Both the position numbers and the translations under genes were made by a program. A stretch of DNA of 60,078 nucleotides, the filler included. It is 3 parts of 3 records of this genome, joined end to end, with 100 filler letters (N's around TTAATTAATTAA, not from the genome) between each part and the next. Parts side by side here need not be neighbours in the genome. Positions count along the whole stretch, not along the records: positions 24,422 to 46,459 come from DRR378314_1732; positions 46,560 to 60,078 come from DRR378314_1748; 1 more part is not named here. The stretch is one strand, 5' to 3'. Of this stretch, positions 41,763-53,388 are shown in pieces. Numbering within the stretch: the stretch's first letter is position 1; each line of letters starts with the position of its first letter. Below the pieces are notes generated by a model, which was given only the letters and a program-made list of their open reading frames with translations, was not told where the DNA came from and ran no database searches.

Positions 41763-42571
41763 ATCTCATCTCTGTGCTGTTTAATATAATCAGCAACTTC
41801 GCTCACTGTGCCTAACCAATAGCCATTCTTAGGGTCTTTAATATGGCGAATTAGTTGCTCAAGTACTTTTTCATCAGTGGTGTATTGGTCGCCTTCACCT
41901 ATCTCATGACCTGCTAGAATCAACCAGCTGTTATTACCTCGAAGTTGCTCTAACATTGCTATGATTTCATCAAAACGCAGGCCATCAATTTTCAGACTCG
42001 TTAATTGAGCAAAGTCGGTGAAATTTGGGTTGTTTGCTGTTTCATCTAGCCAAGTACGGCCGGTATCAAAGTGTTTTGCGATCAGCGGAACATAGCTTTG
42101 CGTGTTTATACCACGACCAACAAAGGTGTTACCGCAGGGGTAGGCGAATGCGCGAGGAGTAACCCCTAAATTAGCCTTAATATATACTTGCGCATCTAGG
42201 ATGTCTTTTGCTAGCCATTTTAATGTGGTTTGTTCAAGGGAAAGGTTTTGTTGTCGCAACCATTCAAAATTACCTGTGCATAAATGTGAACTTGTATGAT
42301 TGGCAATTTCGTGTTCAGAGGCCACTGCTTTTTTCCATTTATTAAGCCGCTCTTTGACATTAAAAGGTGACACATAAAACGTGGCTTTTACATTATGCTC
42401 ATCTAAAATTGCTAAACCTGTGTCAACTTGGCTGTGGCGGGCATCATCAAACGTGATGCTAATCGCGTTTTGGGCTTGATTAGGGTATTTAAAGCCAGCA
42501 TAGTTATTTGCGGCGGCTACACTACTAACACAAAAAAGTGCAGAGGATATTAAGAGTAATTTTTTAAACAT
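41759..42571 (-). CDS. Exported polysaccharide deacetylase (CE4/NodB-like)
   Basis: Signal peptide MFKKLLL..AAA; SITFDD, HEIANHTSSH, FAYPCG. Confidence 0.88.
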   Translation of the reverse strand: MFKKLLLISSALFCVSSVAAANNYAGFKYPNQAQNAISITFDDARHSQVDTGLAILDEHNVKATFYVSPFNVKERLNKWKKAVASEHEIANHTSSHLCTGNFEWLRQQNLSLEQTTLKWLAKDILDAQVYIKANLGVTPRAFAYPCGNTFVGRGINTQSYVPLIAKHFDTGRTWLDETANNPNFTDFAQLTSLKIDGLRFDEIIAMLEQLRGNNSWLILAGHEIGEGDQYTTDEKVLEQLIRHIKDPKNGYWLGTVSEVADYIKQHRDEI

Positions 42572-42644
42572 AGTTGTTTCCTTTTTTCTTTTATGGAAAC
42601 AAATTAATCGGGTGAAAGAAATACTACTTAAGGATATTTAAGTC

Positions 42645-42757
42645 AAAAAAATGCCCAGAACGAATCCGCATTGTTCTGGGCTTAGGGGTGGCTCTTGGCG
42701 AGCCTGCGCTAACTTTAAAAAGCACCTTCTATTCGTTAAGGGAGAAGTAGAAAGTAT
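42645..42757 (-). ncRNA. Candidate small RNA of about 110 nt between rsmF and the deacetylase
   Basis: TACACT -10-like hexamer (42763-42768), CU-rich segment CTTCTCCCTT, hairpin GGCTC/GAGCC, terminator GCCCAGAAC/GTTCTGGGC + T7. Confidence 0.5.
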
Positions 42758-42899
42758 TAGTAAGTGTAGTTAACAAATGTAAAAACCCCCAATAATTGTT
42801 GGATTTTTATACTGTTTTAAAAACAACAGCTTGGTTGAAAAATGAGCTAATTTAAATTTTTAATGCATAATTTATAATCAACTTACTCACAGCTTATGC

Positions 42900-44336
42900 C
42901 TACCAAATGATTAGTTGACTATTTTGTACCAAATCTCGTGGTAGTGAGTTCTTAATTTTGTTTTTTTGCCATTTACCTAAGCCAATGGGGCAACCACACA
43001 GAGTTAATACCACCTCATCGGTGGCGTTTGTTACCTCAGCTAAGCGAATATCTTTACCCTGGAAGTAGTCGTTTGCTTGCTGATTAGATAAGGCATAGGT
43101 ATTTTTAACACAATGTCCACCGAACACAGTGGCAAATTCGTGCGTTAGCCGTACACCGTTTTTATGGATCATACCTAACTGAATTCCTAAGCGTGAATAT
43201 TTGATTTTATCTTCAATTTCGTTAAACCCGTCAGGGAATAACCAAAGCTCTTTATCACGCTGCATCAAGGTCCCAGGTAGTGAACTTATACCAAACTGCT
43301 TTTTTATAGCCGTGGTAAAATTCTGGCTGGCTTTTTTATCAAATGACTGAAAGGGGAAAGCCCCTTTTTTTATTTTTTGATTCGGGTTATCAACACTTGC
43401 CACCTTTTTAAACTTAGCAATAAAAAAGCCTTCGCTGTCGAACGTTTGCGGCCAAACGTGCAAATAACCTTCTTCAGTGGTTGCTTGCTCTGCATTTGGA
43501 AATAAGTTGGCTAGGCTTTGAACTTCAATAGAATCAGGAAATTGTTCAAGTAGGTAATCACACACTTGTTGGTTTTCAAGCGGGGTTAAGGTGCAGGTAG
43601 AATATACTAGCGTGCCGCCAGGTTTAAGTGCGTAAAAAGCACTCTTTATCAACGCTTTTTGCACTTTAGCAATATCAATATTGGACTCGATTGACCAATT
43701 CTTTAAAGCATCAGCGTCTTTACGTACCGTGCCTTCACCAGAGCATGGCGCATCTAGCAATATGCTGTCAAAACACTCGAACATGTAATCACCAAATACA
43801 ACGCCATCAAAATGTGAAAGGGCACAATTACCCACACCCATACGCTTTAACGTAGCACTAAGCACTTTTAAACGAGATGACGATAGCTCATTGGCAACGA
43901 GAACCCCCTGGTTATGCATTAGTGCCGCTAATTGTGATGTTTTGGAGCCAGGGGCTGAAGCCATGTCGAGTACATGGGTGGCATCAAGGAGTGACTGTTT
44001 AAGTGCCATAGGGGGGAGCATTGAACTGGCTTCTTGTACATACATTGCGCCGCTTAAATGTAAGTCAGTATTACCAAGGGCAAGGGCATTTTCTTCATTT
44101 TCTGGGCGCTCTAGCCAAAAACCCTCTTTACACCAAGGAATTTGAGTTAATTGCCAGCCTTTTTGTTTTGCTGCGAGTTTAAACTCTTCAACCGACATTT
44201 TTAATGTATTAACACGTACGGACTTACGAAGTGGCTTACGACACGCGTTAATAAAGTCAGCTAGTGTTAGGTGCGCAGGTAAGTAGCTAGCTACGTCATC
44301 TATAAAGTGTTGAGGAATAAACGTGTTGGCGTTCAA
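42900..44336 (-). CDS. rsmF: 16S rRNA m5C1407 methyltransferase
   Basis: [59 protein letters not shown]. Confidence 0.96.
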   Translation of the reverse strand: MNANTFIPQHFIDDVASYLPAHLTLADFINACRKPLRKSVRVNTLKMSVEEFKLAAKQKGWQLTQIPWCKEGFWLERPENEENALALGNTDLHLSGAMYVQEASSMLPPMALKQSLLDATHVLDMASAPGSKTSQLAALMHNQGVLVANELSSSRLKVLSATLKRMGVGNCALSHFDGVVFGDYMFECFDSILLDAPCSGEGTVRKDADALKNWSIESNIDIAKVQKALIKSAFYALKPGGTLVYSTCTLTPLENQQVCDYLLEQFPDSIEVQSLANLFPNAEQATTEEGYLHVWPQTFDSEGFFIAKFKKVASVDNPNQKIKKGAFPFQSFDKKASQNFTTAIKKQFGISSLPGTLMQRDKELWLFPDGFNEIEDKIKYSRLGIQLGMIHKNGVRLTHEFATVFGGHCVKNTYALSNQQANDYFQGKDIRLAEVTNATDEVVLTLCGCPIGLGKWQKNKIKNSLPRDLVQNSQLIIW

Positions 44337-44415
44337 GGCTATGCTCGCGAAGAAAAATAAAGGTGTATTCTATCATTTTCACCGTACACCTATAAACATA
44401 AATTTAGACTCAAGA

Positions 44416-44575
44416 CTTGTCGACACTTGATGGTTAAAATATAACCTTTAGGTGTTTTAAATAGTATTTACTTTATTTATGTCGACAATAATTGGTTATA
44501 AGCCCTGTTTTTGTTAATTTTGGGTTGACACTATTTCACATAAAGACCATAGTGTAACCATAAATTGTCGACAAT
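44416..44575 (+). promoter_or_regulatory. prp operon promoter with three TGTCGACA palindromic operators
   Basis: CTTGTCGACACT (44416), TATGTCGACAAT (44478), perfect ATTGTCGACAAT (44564); TTGACA (44525) - 17 bp - CATAGT. Confidence 0.8.
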
Positions 44576-44591
44576 CTTAAAGAAGTACCCA

Positions 44592-45278
44592 ATGACCCAA
44601 GACGCTTTTAGCAAAACGCTTATTACTACCGCATCGGATCAGGTGTTTGTTGATATGCGCCGAGAGATTGTTGAAGGCAGTATTGCCCAAGGCAGTAAAA
44701 TTTCAGAGCCTGAGTTGGCAAAGCGCTATGGTGTAAGTCGTGCAACGCTTCGGGAAGCACTGAACCGCCTCGAGAGTTGCTACCTAATTGAACGAAAAGC
44801 CAATGTAGGATGCCGAGTAGTGGCACTTACCGCAGAGCGCTTAATCGAAGTATATCAAGTTCGTAGTGCACTTGAAGGGTTAGCGTGCAGATTGGCTGCC
44901 GACAATATGGCTGCGGATGAAGTGCAAAGCTTAAAACAACTACTCAACCAGCATTTACAAACACAGCGGGTAAAAGAGGGCGAGTCTTATTATCAAGAAG
45001 CGGGCGATTTAGATTTTCACTACCGCATTATCAAAGCAAGTAAGAACGAGCACCTTATTCATTTACTAAGTAACGGTTTATACCAACTAATTCGCATGTA
45101 CCGTGTACAAATGGGTATGGTTGGGCCACGGGTATCGAAAGCGTTTGACGAACATTTAGCCATTATTAACGCCATAGAAAATCATGATGGTGAGCTGGCC
45201 GAAATGCTAATGAAGCGCCATATCAGCGCATCACAATCCAATATCCAAGCAAAATTTGAAAGATACAAATCAATATAG
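44592..45278 (+). CDS. prpR: GntR/FCD-family regulator of the methylcitrate operon (GntR-type PrpR)
   Basis: wHTH SEPELAKRYGVSRATLREAL, FCD DLDFHYRI..EHLAII; directly upstream of prpBC. Confidence 0.85.
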   Translation: MTQDAFSKTLITTASDQVFVDMRREIVEGSIAQGSKISEPELAKRYGVSRATLREALNRLESCYLIERKANVGCRVVALTAERLIEVYQVRSALEGLACRLAADNMAADEVQSLKQLLNQHLQTQRVKEGESYYQEAGDLDFHYRIIKASKNEHLIHLLSNGLYQLIRMYRVQMGMVGPRVSKAFDEHLAIINAIENHDGELAEMLMKRHISASQSNIQAKFERYKSI

Positions 45279-45392
45279 ATATTAAAAGCAGCTCAAAAGA
45301 AGGCTGCGCAGTAATTCAGACAGTCAAACTGTCATAGTAAGTATTTAAAAATAAACTCTGCCTCGAGCAGCTACCGTTCAAAGGAGACAGCA

Positions 45393-46271
45393 ATGTCAGC
45401 AGGATTAAAATTTAAACAGGCAATTGCAAACAACCATCCGTTACAAGTTGTGGGTACTATTAACGCGTATACCGCAATGATGGCTGAAAAAATGGGCCAT
45501 CAAGCTATTTACCTATCGGGTGCGGGTGTGGCTAATGCCTCATTTGGTATGCCAGATTTAGGCATGACTAGCCTTGATAACGTGCTTGAAGATATTCGCC
45601 GTATTACTGGTGCTAGCGATTTACCATTATTAGTTGATGCCGATACAGGTTGGGGCGGGGCGTTTAATATTGCCCGTACCGTTAAAGAAATGACTAAAGC
45701 AGGTGCAGCAGGCTTTCATATAGAAGATCAAGTAGCGCAAAAGCGTTGTGGCCATCGCCCTAATAAAGAAATAGTTACTCAAGCTGAAATGGTAGACCGT
45801 ATTAAAGCGGCAGTTGATGCTAAAACCGATAGCGACTTTTACATTATGGCGCGTACTGATGCATTTCAAAAAGAAGGCTTAAATGCAGCAATAGACCGCG
45901 CAGCAGCCTGTGTTGAAGCCGGTGCCGATGCCATTTTTGCAGAAGCCGTTCACGACCTTGCTGATTACCAAGCATTTAGTAAAGCGATTAATGTGCCGAT
46001 TTTAGCCAACATTACCGAGTTTGGCCAAACCCCAATTTATACCAAAGAGCAGTTAAGCGATGTGGGTGTAGAAATGGTGCTTTACCCACTAAGTGCATTT
46101 AGAGCTATGAACAAAGCGGCTCTTAATGTGTACTCGGCTATTTTGAATGAAGGGTCGCAACAAAGCCAAATTGAAAACATGCAAACGCGTGCAGAGCTTT
46201 ACGACTTTTTAGATTATCACTCGTACGAAAACACGCTAGATAACCTTTTTTCAGCAAAATCTGACAAATAA
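45393..46271 (+). CDS. prpB: 2-methylisocitrate lyase
   Basis: [39 protein letters not shown]. Confidence 0.97.
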   Translation: MSAGLKFKQAIANNHPLQVVGTINAYTAMMAEKMGHQAIYLSGAGVANASFGMPDLGMTSLDNVLEDIRRITGASDLPLLVDADTGWGGAFNIARTVKEMTKAGAAGFHIEDQVAQKRCGHRPNKEIVTQAEMVDRIKAAVDAKTDSDFYIMARTDAFQKEGLNAAIDRAAACVEAGADAIFAEAVHDLADYQAFSKAINVPILANITEFGQTPIYTKEQLSDVGVEMVLYPLSAFRAMNKAALNVYSAILNEGSQQSQIENMQTRAELYDFLDYHSYENTLDNLFSAKSDK

Positions 46272-46296
46272 TAAAAAATTCAACAGGAGACAAATC

Positions 46297-46459
46297 ATGG
46301 TAGATAAAGCATTAGGTGGCGCAGGCTTACGTGGCCAAGTAGCAGGACAAACGGCATTATGTACAGTAGGGCAAACAGGCTCAGGTTTAACTTACTGTGG
46401 TTACGATATTAGCGAACTGGCTGAAAAAGCGCAGTTTGAAGAAGTGTCGTTTTTACTTT
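46297..46459 (+). CDS. prpC: 2-methylcitrate synthase (5' fragment at the contig end)
   Basis: GAGLRGQVAGQTALCTVG..GLTYCGYDI..FEEV. Confidence 0.92.
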
Positions 46460-46559
46460 NNNNNNNNNNNNNNNNNNNNNNNNNNNNNNNNNNNNNNNNN
46501 NNNTTAATTAATTAANNNNNNNNNNNNNNNNNNNNNNNNNNNNNNNNNNNNNNNNNNNN
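46460..46559. other. Artificial contig linker
   Basis: N-run + TTAATTAATTAA + N-run; bacterial to eukaryotic switch. Confidence 0.99.
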
Positions 46560-46588
46560 TTGCTTGCTTGCTTGCTTGCTTGCTTGCT
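46560..46588. repeat. (TTGC)n microsatellite at the contig start
   Basis: About 7 tandem TTGC units. Confidence 0.95.
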
Positions 46589-47127
46589 TTCTGGCAGCAG
46601 CGGATTGCGTGTGCAAAATACATGACCATGTACAATCTGGGATCGATCTGCTCGTCGCGGCGGTTGTTGTATCGCCACACATGCCTTCCCTGCGCGTATT
46701 GCTATCCATGGGCTTGATTGGTAGCCTGGCTATAGTGCCCAGCCAAATGGGTCGCGAGAGCAGAAGAGCGGCATAGCGCCTGCAGCGTGGGAATTGCCCG
46801 ATGCACAACATCGACAATACTTCGCGCTTCGCAATTCCTTTGCATATTTCAGTGCAGCCAATCCAGTACAAATCACAACGTTTTATGCGGCCTGAGATCA
46901 GTAAGGGGAAAAGGGCGTGAGCATTAGCGTTGGCGGGAGTTGGAAGTCCTCGAAGAAAGGGGGAGGAGGCAACACCTGCTGCGGGGAGCCCTTCGCGTTC
47001 CCCTACTTTCCTCCACCAAGAGACGCTCGGCGGCCCCGCTGCTCGCACCGTCGTCCCTAACCCCCCTGCGCCCACGTCACGCTGTATCCTGCATCACTTG
47101 TGCGACCAAGCGACGCTGCCAAATACC

Positions 47128-50127
47128 ATGGAGACGATCCGCTCGTTCCTTGGAGAAGCGTGGGAATGGACACGAACCACTTCTTGGGTAGAAACTCACA
47201 TTGAGCTTGCCAGCCCTTTCGCAGTGCCTGTTCCGCACGCCGTTTTGGAACTTGCTACGTACACAGCGGCGTTGCTCGTATTTATCCATGCGGCACAGCG
47301 CAAAACAGGACCACGAACGGATAACAGCGGGAGGAGAGATCTATATTTGTGGCTTTCGCTGGCGATATTCAGTCTACTGTTCGACCTGGCAAGCCATCAC
47401 CTGATCCAAGAGTGGGACTTTTCGAGAAAGGTGAGTGCGAGGAGGAAGCCATGAAACTCTCTCTACTGCCGCAGTCTTGGTACTGCGTTTCGCAAGTTTG
47501 GAACGTCACTATCGTGCGTACAAGTGAAAGGTCAGAAAGCGATACTTAAATCGAAAAAGTCCTCCATCCGCATTGCGAACGATAACCTTACGCTACTCGT
47601 CCCTCCGGGGCGCACGCTTTTGCGCACGCACTGTGTTTGCAAAACGCGCGCACAATTGAAAAGGAAGTATCGCATGTGTCGAAGCGAAGTGTTTTCCGAT
47701 GCAAATAGAAATGAACATCACTTGAGTGACCGTCTGCCGAGAGTGGGATTTAGGAGGCGAGAACAACAGCACAGTGAGCCCTTTGCGTGGAGACTCCGCA
47801 GAAGAGAGTATCTCTTCCTTGGGAGTGCGAGAGCGCACAGCGGAGTGACAGGCGGTTGCCTTATTCGGGTTTCTATCAAAATTCGATACGCCGGTACCTT
47901 TTCTCTCGTACAGTTTTCCGCTACAGTGATTTTCAAGTCTGTTCCTCTCGTTTTTGTCACCGCTCGGGTGCTAGTCCTTTACATTGCCATAAAAATGGCC
48001 TCGAACTTTGACCGTGGGACGCTTGCCGAATGCCTCGCTGCGGCGCTCTGCGCTGTTGCGCTTACCGCGCCGCTCGGAATTGCACTTTTCAAGGTGAGGT
48101 AGCGCAAAAGCGCCTGCTGCTGAAAATCCATTACTAGTCCATTCACAATATTGCACAAGGAAGAGGCGGTTACGGAGTATCTCTTTCCTAACAGTTCAGA
48201 AAGTACGAAAGGATTGCCGATCGATAGAAGAGGTAGTTTTTCTCTGCCGATTCGCGTTGCTCGTGCTGTTGCTCTGAGTTGCGTGTGGAACTAGAGAGAA
48301 AGGGCTTCTTCCCGCGCATTCGCGTTGAAGGCGGAGAGGAAATCCATATTACAGGCATTCCGGATCTTTTTGCGCACGAAAATTCCTTACACGTCGACGG
48401 TGACGATTCTCAATACGCGAGCAGATGAATATGTGCGAGCTGCGGACAGCGCCAGATGTGTCCGGGTTTATCGGCATGCCACCTTCCTTTTTGTATTTTG
48501 TTTTCACGTACGTACGGAACGGTGGGAAGCATTCTCCTCGCGCACTAGAGGGCTGCTATGTTTCTCCTAGAAAACTTGGATGAATGTAACAGTGATCTCT
48601 CTGTTCACAGGGATGGCGACTTACGGTGCTCTTGTATTCACAACCGCACAGTGCTCCATGGCCAAGATATACCTTTTCGCGGGGCGGAGCTGGGTTGTCG
48701 CTGCTCTGTGCTCTCCCATCATGGAAGGACGACTATCTGATCCACTGCGAAAGATATTGCTCCGTTTCTCTTCCACCCTTTCGTACTGACGTGTTTTTAG
48801 TGGGACCTTCTTATACAACGTGGTATTCTACTTCGCATGGAAGCTTCGCGTGGCCCTGACAGCGATTGGGTCAGCGGTCGTATCGGCGGGGCTCTCCCTC
48901 TCGCTGCTGATTGCTTCGGCCGCTCCGTTGCAAATCCTTCGCGACGCGCTCGTGAGTGATGAGGTGCGTACGCGGAGAAGCCTGCACGCCTTACTACTCT
49001 ATGTGCAGTATAAGGAGTTAGGTGCCACGAATCCGGGAAGCAAACAAGAGAGAAATTTCACCAATCTGTCTCGCAGATACTACAAGGCGTATCAACGAGG
49101 GTACCTTACTTCATGAGGGTGATATACTGTGCCACGAGTTTCCTTCTACAGCACGGCACGACGGCGTACGCGCGCTATTGCTTGCATTCGTCCGGTCCCC
49201 GCGTGCGCTGTGCACCAACAGCAGCCTCTCGGCCTTCCCTAACGCCGACTGTATCTTTTCTGAACACAATTTCATGATATCTTGTTACCTACATTCGATG
49301 TAGATAACAACGTTCTCGATCATTGTCCTAACAATACCGCTTGCATTGGCGGGGAAATCAAGAGGAGCCTCGAGAAGGTATGGCGACCAGAACTTGCCGA
49401 TTCTCTTGTATTTTCAGCCTTTGCCCCCGTGATGCATCCCTTCTCGCATGCACTAACACTGCAAGTGAGCAATACTTGCAAATACGCGGGGGAGATTTCT
49501 AACAGGGACCGTTAATCGCACGACAGGCATGCAGGTTTTTATTCAGGTAAAGCTAACCAGCGACTTCCTGGGTTCTCGCTTCTGTCGCTCGTGCGGTGCC
49601 GCTGTTTGCTTGTCTGTGCCTAGTTTTGGTTCGACTTTGCTTACTGTTGCAGCCACAGTCTTTGGTGGCGCCTTTGGAGCACTCTTGGTAATTCCAGATG
49701 CCTCCCGCGCATTGCTCGTTGGCGAAGGTATGCTGTGTGAGCGCGCGAGAAGTTTGCATGAGCCTCGGCAGCTCTCTCCCACGCGTGCCTGAAGCAAGAG
49801 CTTGCGAAATCGCTGGCGAGTCGGTTGGATTCCAGGATCCTCACCTGGCAAGTAGCATCGCCAAACTTGACGCCGCAGTGCACAGGGACGCAAGAGGGCT
49901 TTGTAGGCCAATTTTTCTTCACGAACAGTTGTACAATATATACGTCCTTACTTGGAATGGGATCCTATACTGTGTACGCGCTCCACGCAGGCGACAAGGA
50001 ACAGACAAACTTCTTCGTGCTGTACTCTGTGCTGGTTGCATTCCCGCTGCTACTCGCGCGTGGCGCCTTTCGGTCGCACGTTTCTACGCCATTTTCTCCA
50101 GCGGTACTTCGAAAGAAGCGTGTATAA
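47128..50127 (+). CDS. Spliced multipass membrane protein ending in KKRV (KKxx ER-retrieval-like); family uncertain
   Basis: In-frame exons 47128-47430 and 47914-48093 (GT-AG); further hydrophobic exons near 48611, 48801-48963, 49304, 49624 and 49907-50127; middle exons not fully resolved. Confidence 0.65.
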
Positions 50128-50646
50128 CGTCAAAAGGCGACTGCGAAATAAAGATGCCGGCACCTGCTCCATGGTACTTTCCTTCTCGGGACTGGAATCC
50201 GCTTGGCCTCCTCCGAAGTGTTGACCCCCTAGCAGGTGCCAGAAGCAGCAGGTCTTAGGCTTCTCTTTTCCACACTAGAGTCGCACGTCTCGCCATCGCG
50301 TATCATCCGAATAGGCTGTGTACATCATACCTCTCTGGTAGCCAAGCTGTCGAACTTCATTTGATGGTGGACGAAAGGAGCCTTTCAGTTGACGAAGAAA
50401 CGCAGCGCACCAAGAAGGTGCCGCAAAGGCTACGGACGAACGATAGTGAAACCCTATGGCCAGCCGTGGTGCGAACTCAATAGATGCGGTTCTCGACCAC
50501 TCGCAGATGACATAGGCGTGTGCTAGCACCTTTTTGTGTCTGCTGAGCGCTCCCGAAGCCAACCTGGCTGTGATGACCTTGCGATAGTCTTAAGCATAGC
50601 GTTTCGTTTCTTGCGTATGTTGGATTGGACACCGGGAGGGGCTACG

Positions 50647-53077
50647 ATGCGTGTGTTGGCCGTGGTCGGCTTGGCGTTCGCTGCTGTTGCTCTGAGCAGC
50701 GCTGCGCCGGCTGTACCGAGCCTTGAGCTGCAGGACGCGGAGGCCGCACTGCTGCGCGAGTTACGGCTGATGCGCCTTGCGTGGGCCCTGCACGTCGAAA
50801 TCCGCGAAAGTGGGCGCGCATTGCAGTGGACACGTAACAGTCTACAATCCATGCACACTACAGCAGATGCGGTGCGTTAGCGATTCGGCGCTTCACCTCT
50901 CGTGGCAGAAGCGGAAGTAGTGCTCGTGCTTTCGACAGCGCGAAGCTGCGCTGCGGCTTGCCAGTTCTCGTTGTTGATCACCGCTCCGCTCGCGCTCCGA
51001 TATCCGCGCGCAAGTAGTCTTGGAAAGCGCAGAATCTTATCCTATTTTAAAAAAGAATCTTGCGTACACTTCCACAATACGATGCTATTTGCCGCATGCC
51101 TGTGAAACAGTGGCCTGACTGCCTCTGTACTGCTGCACGCTTGCAGGTGCTCGCGTCGCTGTCGCCCAAAGGTGCGGCGGGAAGCACTTGCAGCTGCACA
51201 GGAGCGACTCAGCCCGGCCCTGGCGAAGTACGGCATGACGATGAGGAAGCTGTTCAAGAGGCATTGATCAGGTATCTATGTCTGTAACCTGTCGATGTGC
51301 GCTAGTCGCAGATGCCTCAACCCTTGCGTTGCGACGGGTGCGAAAGGTGAACGCGCCAGGCGCTGCGCACCGGTCTGCGCGGGGTGCTCTTGCTCACAAA
51401 GCTAGCTCGTGTTGTTTCCTCGTTCTGGCGCGCCATGTGCAGCATTTTACAATTCACAAATCACGTCCTACGCGCACTGAACGACACTTCCAATTCCGTC
51501 TTCCATGTGCGCAACGATGACGCGGTACGTTTGTTCTGTCGAGCTTCCTGGAACGGGATTGCGCTTGCGACGACAGCCTGCGCTGGCGCACTGTGTGTCG
51601 TCAGCGGCGCCACCAAGGTCCGTGTACGCGCGACGCCACGTGCCTCGTTGCGGAGAAATGAGTTCGCGTTTGCCGTACAAGCGAAATCTTACTTTTGCTG
51701 CAGTTCGACGTCCGAACATACTGCGATTCTCTTACCGCATTGCGATCTTTGCCGTTTCCCGACGATTCTGTGGTGCAGGCGAAGGCTCACGTTGCGCGAG
51801 GCGAAGGCGCTTCGCTGGCAGAAACGCTCCGCGCCGCACTTGCGGCAATCGAAACAGTGGAAAATCTTGCAACAGAGCAAGCAAAATGCATTGGTGCCCT
51901 TTTCGCGTCTCGTATTCTACAGCTGGAATCAGGTCGGTTTGCAAGGAGAGAGGTGATACTGTGCCCTTCTGCCCGAAATGCAGTGCGCTCTGCCGAGGAG
52001 CTTGCTTTGCGGAGCTGCCCCACTCAGGCGTAGCGCGCATTTGCTTATGTGTGCCATAGCCGGAGCTGATATCTTTTTATCTCCATCGTACGCTTGTGTA
52101 CGAAATGTCCTATGGTGTAGAGATAAATGAGATTCGTTCGGCGGAAAGTTCTGGAAGGCGTTTGTTTCTTCATAGCGGTGAAGGCCTGAACAGCACAGAT
52201 GATGATGACGACGACGACGACGACGACGACGACAGCGACGATGCCGACGACAGCGATGACTTTGATAGTGACGGCGCCGCCCAACACAGCAATCCGAATG
52301 ACAAAAGTAGTAAGCATGGAACGCGAGGCCAAGAAAGTTCCGATCCGCGCACGCACAGAGAATTTTCGGAGCGGGAGCTGATACTTCGCGGAGACCGACT
52401 GGTGCAAGCAGCGAATATGGTGTGCCGAAAAGGCAATGTGACTGCAGGCGAGGCAGTCCGAGCGGCGCGCAACGTGAGGATTGTGTGGGAGCAGGTATGG
52501 TCTACCGATGGCTTGTGCGGCAAGTGTTAGAACGTGTAACGAATGGGGCCGCAGCTCTAAGTGGTTCCCCGCGCTGAGATTTACCAGGGTGTGCGCTGTC
52601 GATGTGCGCCGGGTCGCATTCTTCAGCGATGCTGCAGCGCGCGACTGCCGTTGTACGAGTTCGTGAGGCGCATCCGGCTTTCAACCAATATTCACCCTCA
52701 TTGCGTTGCTCTCCCCGCCGATTGCCACGTGATATTCCTCGCACAGATGGTGGAGCTGCGCGATCGCATGGAGGATGCTGAAATCAAAGCTGCACGGCGA
52801 CTGCATGCGGCTGAGCGAGTGGCGGAGTTGCGGAAGGAGTGCCCTCGCCTTTGCTTCGGCGCAACGCGGTACGGTGTAGGATGTTGTTCTTGTTGTTGTT
52901 CTTGTTTTTCCCACGGGGACTGTGAGCTACCAACCATCTGCCGTGCATGCATACTACGTGTTGTGTGGGGATGTAGCCATCCAGAACGCGCGCTATTCTT
53001 ATTGCTGCAGCATGCCTGCGGGTGCGCGTTTGTGCGTGTCGATTTGCAGGTCGAGCAAGCAGCGTGACGAGCTGTGA
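50647..53077 (+). CDS. Spliced signal-peptide protein with a poly-Asp tract and C-terminal RDEL (ER-lumen resident, function unknown)
   Basis: MRVLAVVGLAFAAVALSSA signal; exons 50647-50871, 51147-51271, acidic exon ending 52494, 52747-52868 and 53050-53077 giving ..ATRSSKQRDEL*; internal exons partly uncertain. Confidence 0.65.
52198..52262 (+). repeat. (GAT/GAC)n coding microsatellite (poly-Asp)
   Basis: gatgatgatgacgacgac... read as DDDDDDDDDDDSDDADDSDD. Confidence 0.9.
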
Positions 53078-53388
53078 GCTGCCAAGGTGCTTAACCCGAG
53101 CGCAACTTCATGGCCGCTGGTCCTGCGGAAACCCATTTCTTGTCGGAAATAGCCGTTGTCAGCACATCAGACGTTCTCTTTTATAAATCATATCACAGCT
53201 GACAGCAGGGATCGACCACCGTTGGGCCGGAAAGGAAAGCGGAATCCTATGCAGCGACCGTAAGCCTAAACAGGCTTCGCGGGCGCACCACGGAGCTGCT
53301 GCAGCGCGAGTGCAGCTCGTCGAAGTCGCGTGAACGCGCGCTTGTACTAATACATGGTGTTCTGGGTTTTACGTATTGCATCCCGATT

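Noticed and set aside
48661..48800. Non-canonical (AT-AC or GC-AG) intron
   Set aside because: ATATACCTT does not match the U12 donor consensus, and a phase-compatible GT donor exists near 48708
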